Shown: positions 32,531 through 35,829 of the stretch, one piece after another | How the letters are laid out: every line of letters starts with the position of its first letter | Numbering within the stretch: the stretch's first letter is position 1 | Virus record (IMG/VR): IMGVR_UViG_3300020062_000003 | Coordinates: 1-35,829 of that record | DNA length: 35,829 nucleotides | Direction: 5' to 3' (one strand) | DNA from: a virus | Position numbers and translations under genes: made by a program | The notes under the pieces: model-generated | Database searches by the model: none | Told to the model about the DNA's origin: nothing | What the model saw: the letters and a program-made list of their open reading frames with translations, nothing else

Positions 32531-32878
32531 ACGTATAAACTTATTTTTTACCGCGAGGTGGATGACTACTCATTACATCCATGAAGTGGCGAACTTCATT
32601 ACGCCGGTAGAGATTGGTTGACGAAACCTTTTTAGCTAGAATTAGCTAATACGTCTGTAATTAGCGAGATTACGTTACGCTAATTGATAGTATAATAATA
32701 GTTGTCGTAAAAACACAATAATTGTAAGAAGATGTTTTTGTTAAGGTGTCCTTGTAAATTAAGAATATAGTTAATGATTTACAAGGACACCTGAAAAGTG
32801 AGTTCCGGCAAAAAAGGAGTAAATCGGAACTATAAGTAACATACGTAATTATTAAACGTAAAACAATAGTCTATTAAA
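32531..32878 (-). promoter_or_regulatory. 348-bp structured non-coding region between the scaffold and capsid genes
   Basis: 16-bp perfect hairpin 32744-32792. Hairpin 32802-32830. 8-bp inverted repeat aattagcg/cgctaatt (32659-32666 / 32678-32685). 10-bp palindrome attagctaat (32641-32650). Nested stems in 32550-32608. Confidence 0.5.
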
Positions 32879-33622
32879 TTATTGCTTATAACGTTTAGCT
32901 TCATCAACTTGGCGACGCAATTGATCTTTACGTTCTTCACTAAGAACACGTCTATCATAATCACCGACACGCGCTAAAGGCGTATCACCAGATTGTGGAG
33001 CGGCATTAGCAGCTGAACGAGGTTTAATTCTATTCTCTTCTACTCTTTTATCAAGTTCTTGATATTGATTTTCAAGAATGCCGCTATGCTTAATCAACTC
33101 ATATGCGGTGTATCCCTTATCATATACATCAGGATTTGATAAAATAGTTCTATATAATGAAGGTTTTTGAGCTTCTAGTTTTCTTAAATTTTCTTGGGTT
33201 ACTATCGTATCAAAGTCATTAAATTGATTCTTTAGCTTCATCTCAGCTTGAGTCAAAGCATTTTGTTGATTATATTCTTCAAATTGTTTTTTGGTGTTTC
33301 TTAGTTCTTGTTTTAGACTTTTTACATACTTTTTGAGATGTTTACCTTCAACATACGTATCATCACTGACATCAAAGTCATCGTCTTCATCTACCATCTG
33401 TATCTTGTTTGTCTGTTGTTGCGACATATTCATCTGAACCATACGTTCTAGTTCAAGTGATCTTCGCTCAGCCGTCTCAGCTCTTTCCCTCAAAATACGC
33501 ATATTAGCTTCTTTTTGAGAATCTTGCGCAGTATTTTGTTGAACTGGTTGCGTATTATTAGTCGTTGGTTCTTGTTCAGCTGGGTATAAATGTTCAGCTG
33601 CTGGATTTAACTCATCAAACAT
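32879..33622 (-). CDS. Scaffolding protein (247 aa)
   Basis: Acidic, Q/E/K-rich, predicted helical and coiled-coil. Directly upstream of the capsid gene. GAGGAG RBS. Confidence 0.65.
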   Translation of the reverse strand: MFDELNPAAEHLYPAEQEPTTNNTQPVQQNTAQDSQKEANMRILRERAETAERRSLELERMVQMNMSQQQTNKIQMVDEDDDFDVSDDTYVEGKHLKKYVKSLKQELRNTKKQFEEYNQQNALTQAEMKLKNQFNDFDTIVTQENLRKLEAQKPSLYRTILSNPDVYDKGYTAYELIKHSGILENQYQELDKRVEENRIKPRSAANAAPQSGDTPLARVGDYDRRVLSEERKDQLRRQVDEAKRYKQ

Positions 33623-34128
33623 GCCTTCTCCTCATTATTGATCTTAATAACTGCGTCTATCTTTTCACCATTATCTTTTTTAACCCATTCAAGCAATTCA
33701 CCGCTTTCCATCAAAACAACAAATTTAGCTAAGTCAGCCGTTTCTTTATCATTTAGATATTGGGTTCTGTTATTAAGTATATGATAATACAAAATCATGT
33801 CTGGAATAGACCATAAAAACTCAAGTTCATCCATAACGGTTTTATATTTCCATACAGATTGTTTATAAACTGGCGTTGGACATGACTTTCTTGCTAAGGG
33901 AATAATCTTAGGTTGCCTCAGAACACGATCAATAGTTGTAATAAGTACTATATAAAAATCTTTACCAATATAGCCATCTTTATTTTTTGCTTCATTAACT
34001 GTATCACGAATGCGAACCATAATATCAGGCTCCATTTGACGTCGATATTCAATAACATCGTCTTCAAAATCTAACCGTAAACTATCATGCTCAAGTATTT
34101 TCTGACCAGCTAATTTGTTTTGATCCAT
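33607..34128 (-). CDS. Hypothetical protein (173 aa), first gene of the structural operon
   Basis: ORF track 33607-34182 (GTG). I prefer MDQNKLAGQK (ATG 34128), which follows GAGGAG. Confidence 0.5.
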   Translation of the reverse strand: MDQNKLAGQKILEHDSLRLDFEDDVIEYRRQMEPDIMVRIRDTVNEAKNKDGYIGKDFYIVLITTIDRVLRQPKIIPLARKSCPTPVYKQSVWKYKTVMDELEFLWSIPDMILYYHILNNRTQYLNDKETADLAKFVVLMESGELLEWVKKDNGEKIDAVIKINNEEKACLMS

Positions 34129-34149
34129 ACTACTCCTCAGAATGTATCT

Positions 34150-34229
34150 GTTGCGCTCTATACAAACGCAACAAAAATACACAAATGCTTCTACTTTTCA
34201 TTAAAATTAATTGTTGCGTTATAGCGCAA
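34150..34229. promoter_or_regulatory. Two GC-rich palindromic motifs (TTGCG...CGCAA) in the AT-rich region upstream of the structural operon
   Basis: gttgcg (34150-34155) N11 cgcaac (34167-34172). TTGCGTTATAGCGCAA at 34214-34229, a 16-mer that is a 7/8 palindrome. Confidence 0.3.
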
Positions 34230-34429
34230 TAATAGTAAATAAAGCCGATAATATCAAAATAAGTATTTTAAAGTGCTTTTTATTCTTTATTATTTGGATA
34301 ATATATGTTATTATTTTAGCAACTAAATACACAGTGTGAATTTTAAACAGGAGATTTCAATGTTCTAATAACCACGGTTCTCTTATCATGTTTTCATTAA
34401 ATAAAAATATTCATAAAAGCAGGATTCTC

Positions 34430-35083
34430 ATGAAAAAACTTTTACTCTTATCATTATTAAGTTCATCTCTATTCTCAATGCAACTTAGTACCGTTGAAAA
34501 CAACCAAAAAATAGCTAAAATATACGTCAAGAATAACCAAATCATAGATAAGATAGATATTGGTTCATCAATTGAACTTGATAAAGTTAGTTATGCTGAT
34601 AATAAAAACAAAATGTACATTGAACCATTATCAGTTCGTGTGCCTAAGCGATTAGGGAATCTAGACCTTTATCATAGCAAGAAAGGCTTCTATGTTCGCG
34701 AAGATGATAAAAAACATACTATAAAAAAGTATTATACCGATCCAGTAGTTCGCAACATGACAAAAACTGAACTCAAGTCTTTTCTTACTGCAGGATATCT
34801 TTCCATTAACCAGATGAATGATGGTGAATATTCACTTAAAGCTAATGGACGCTTAGTTGGTGGTGGAGCCCTTGGAGCAAGCATTGGAGCTTTTCTTGGC
34901 AAAGCCGCTGTTTACGTAGTAGGTCATGGAGCTATTCAGATAGTTGCGATATTAACTGGACCAGCTTATCCAGTCACGGTTCTTGCTTTGGAAGGATGTT
35001 TTGCTGTACCTATTGAAGCTGCGAGCATGGCCGGAGCAATCGCAGGAGGAATAGCGCTTGGTGTAGCAACAGGGCCTGTATGA
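34430..35083 (+). CDS. Exported protein (217 aa): signal peptide, soluble middle domain, C-terminal glycine-zipper membrane region
   Basis: MKKLLLLSLLSSSLFSMQ signal peptide. C-terminus GGGALGASIGAFLGKAAVYVVGHGAIQIVAILTG...AASMAGAIAGGIALGVATGPV. Start moved from 34388 to ATG 34430, which follows AGGA. Confidence 0.6.
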   Translation: MKKLLLLSLLSSSLFSMQLSTVENNQKIAKIYVKNNQIIDKIDIGSSIELDKVSYADNKNKMYIEPLSVRVPKRLGNLDLYHSKKGFYVREDDKKHTIKKYYTDPVVRNMTKTELKSFLTAGYLSINQMNDGEYSLKANGRLVGGGALGASIGAFLGKAAVYVVGHGAIQIVAILTGPAYPVTVLALEGCFAVPIEAASMAGAIAGGIALGVATGPV

Positions 35084-35206
35084 TCCCTTGGTATACACAA
35101 GTATTCTATGCAATTATAGTCTTTTTATTGATTCATATTTTCAAGTTTTATTTTTTGGGAAATGAAGATATTTTTCTCACACTCATCAAATACTTCAGGA
35201 AAAAAG

Positions 35207-35350
35207 ATGACTCAAAATGAACACACTATCACAGCAGGGATAATCATATTTATTGGGTGGCAATTAGTTTGGCATCTAGCTTTAAAACATCATCCTGTTA
35301 CTAAAAAAAACATAACAGAATGGTTAGAGATTTTTAACGAATATTTTTAA
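35207..35350 (+). CDS. Small single-TM protein (47 aa)
   Basis: ORF track 35162-35350. The internal start MTQNEH follows AGGAAAAAAG. TM segment ITAGIIIFIGWQLVWHLAL. Confidence 0.4.
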   Translation: MTQNEHTITAGIIIFIGWQLVWHLALKHHPVTKKNITEWLEIFNEYF

Positions 35351-35369
35351 AAACAAATGAGGAATTTCC

Positions 35370-35666
35370 ATGAAAAAACTCTTATATCTATTATTAATAT
35401 CAGCACCTATTTTTTCAATGCAACAACCAATAAATAAAAATCAAACACTAATGAATGATAAGAAATTACCACTCGATACTAAAAAGGTTGTTACTACAAC
35501 ACTCACTACAGGTAAACCTCTGAGTGCTTTAGATTTTGGTATAGTAGCAGTAGGATCTATTTTATGTCCTTTTCCAACGGCAGCATTCTACATAGGGACA
35601 GCTACAGTTATAGCAACTAAAGTAATTATTAATAATACTTTAGATAACAATAACAATAAGAAATAA
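35370..35666 (+). CDS. Exported or membrane protein (98 aa) with a signal peptide paralogous to that of the 217-aa protein
   Basis: MKKLLYLLLISAPIFSMQ matches MKKLLLLSLLSSSLFSMQ at 12/18 positions. C-terminal hydrophobic segment FGIVAVGSILCPFPTAAFYIGTATVIATKVII. GAGGAA RBS. Confidence 0.55.
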   Translation: MKKLLYLLLISAPIFSMQQPINKNQTLMNDKKLPLDTKKVVTTTLTTGKPLSALDFGIVAVGSILCPFPTAAFYIGTATVIATKVIINNTLDNNNNKK

Positions 35667-35680
35667 ACTATATATAAAAC

Positions 35681-35709
35681 AATATCCCCCTGGATCGAAG
35701 GGGGATATT
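35681..35709 (-). terminator. 10-bp GC-cored hairpin at the convergence point, spanning the circular junction
   Basis: aatatccccc (35681-35690), loop tggatcgaa, gggggatatt (35700-35709). On the minus strand it is followed by gttttatatat, so it probably terminates the leftward block that ends with the 83-aa gene, and possibly the rightward island too. Confidence 0.55.
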
Positions 35710-35829
35710 GCAGTAGTACTAAATTGTTTCGAGGAGTTAGCTAAAACAATTTACTTTTTCTTCTTAGATACTTTTCTAGCTTCACTTAAAGCAATAGCAA
35801 TAGCTTGTTTAGGATTTTTAACTACCGGA
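35703..35829. repeat. Terminal overlap identical to 1-127
   Basis: See the first feature. Confidence 0.95.

Noticed and set aside
32531-32878. Possible tRNA or small protein gene in the long scaffold-capsid spacer
   Set aside because: No cloverleaf with a GTTCRANYC-type T-loop could be drawn on either strand. The only ORFs are 13 aa or fewer and lack an RBS. I kept it as a structured non-coding region instead.
34129-34182. N-terminal extension MYFCCVCIERNRYILRSS of the 191-aa ORF (GTG start)
   Set aside because: There is no RBS and the extension covers the palindromic regulatory motif. The internal ATG at 34128 has a GAGGAG Shine-Dalgarno at the proper distance.

Overview
The window is a complete tailed-phage genome that closes on itself. 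Bases 1-127 are identical to 35703-35829, so the unique sequence is 35,702 bp. It is visibly AT-rich and almost entirely coding. I see four transcription blocks. (1) A long leftward block runs from about 8753 to 49. It encodes a Cro-like HTH, an ERF recombinase, a small Zn-ribbon protein, an HTH replication-type protein, a RusA-like resolvase and the small terminase. These are followed by three tiny translationally coupled ORFs, the large terminase, a secreted protein, the portal and three small proteins. (2) A divergent switch at 8789-8903 has two back-to-back TTGACA-N16-TATACT promoters and a 15-bp palindrome. It drives a rightward block (8918-10397) containing a second, diverged ERF paralog. 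(3) A leftward structural block of about 23.5 kb runs from 34128 to 10572. It encodes scaffold, an HK97-fold capsid, beta-barrel decoration-type proteins, tail and nozzle proteins, Q/N/G-rich internal proteins and four tail-fibre genes. (4) Two rightward islands: an RHH protein plus a hydrophobic peptide (22715-23066) set antisense inside the structural block, and three signal-peptide or TM proteins (34430-35666). I could not recognise an integrase, a DNA or RNA polymerase, an endolysin or a classical holin. The most unusual content is the receptor-binding arsenal. One 1526-aa fibre is built from five head-to-tail copies of a whole fibre-shaft module and is capped by a C1q/TNF-like domain. A 1072-aa fibre has a beta-solenoid repeat shaft and an S74 chaperone domain. 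Two further fibres complete the set. The two counter-oriented islands are the best candidates for uncharacterised accessory systems such as exclusion, toxin-antitoxin-like or non-canonical lysis functions. The host cannot be determined from sequence alone. All family assignments are motif-level readings by eye and need HMM or structure searches.
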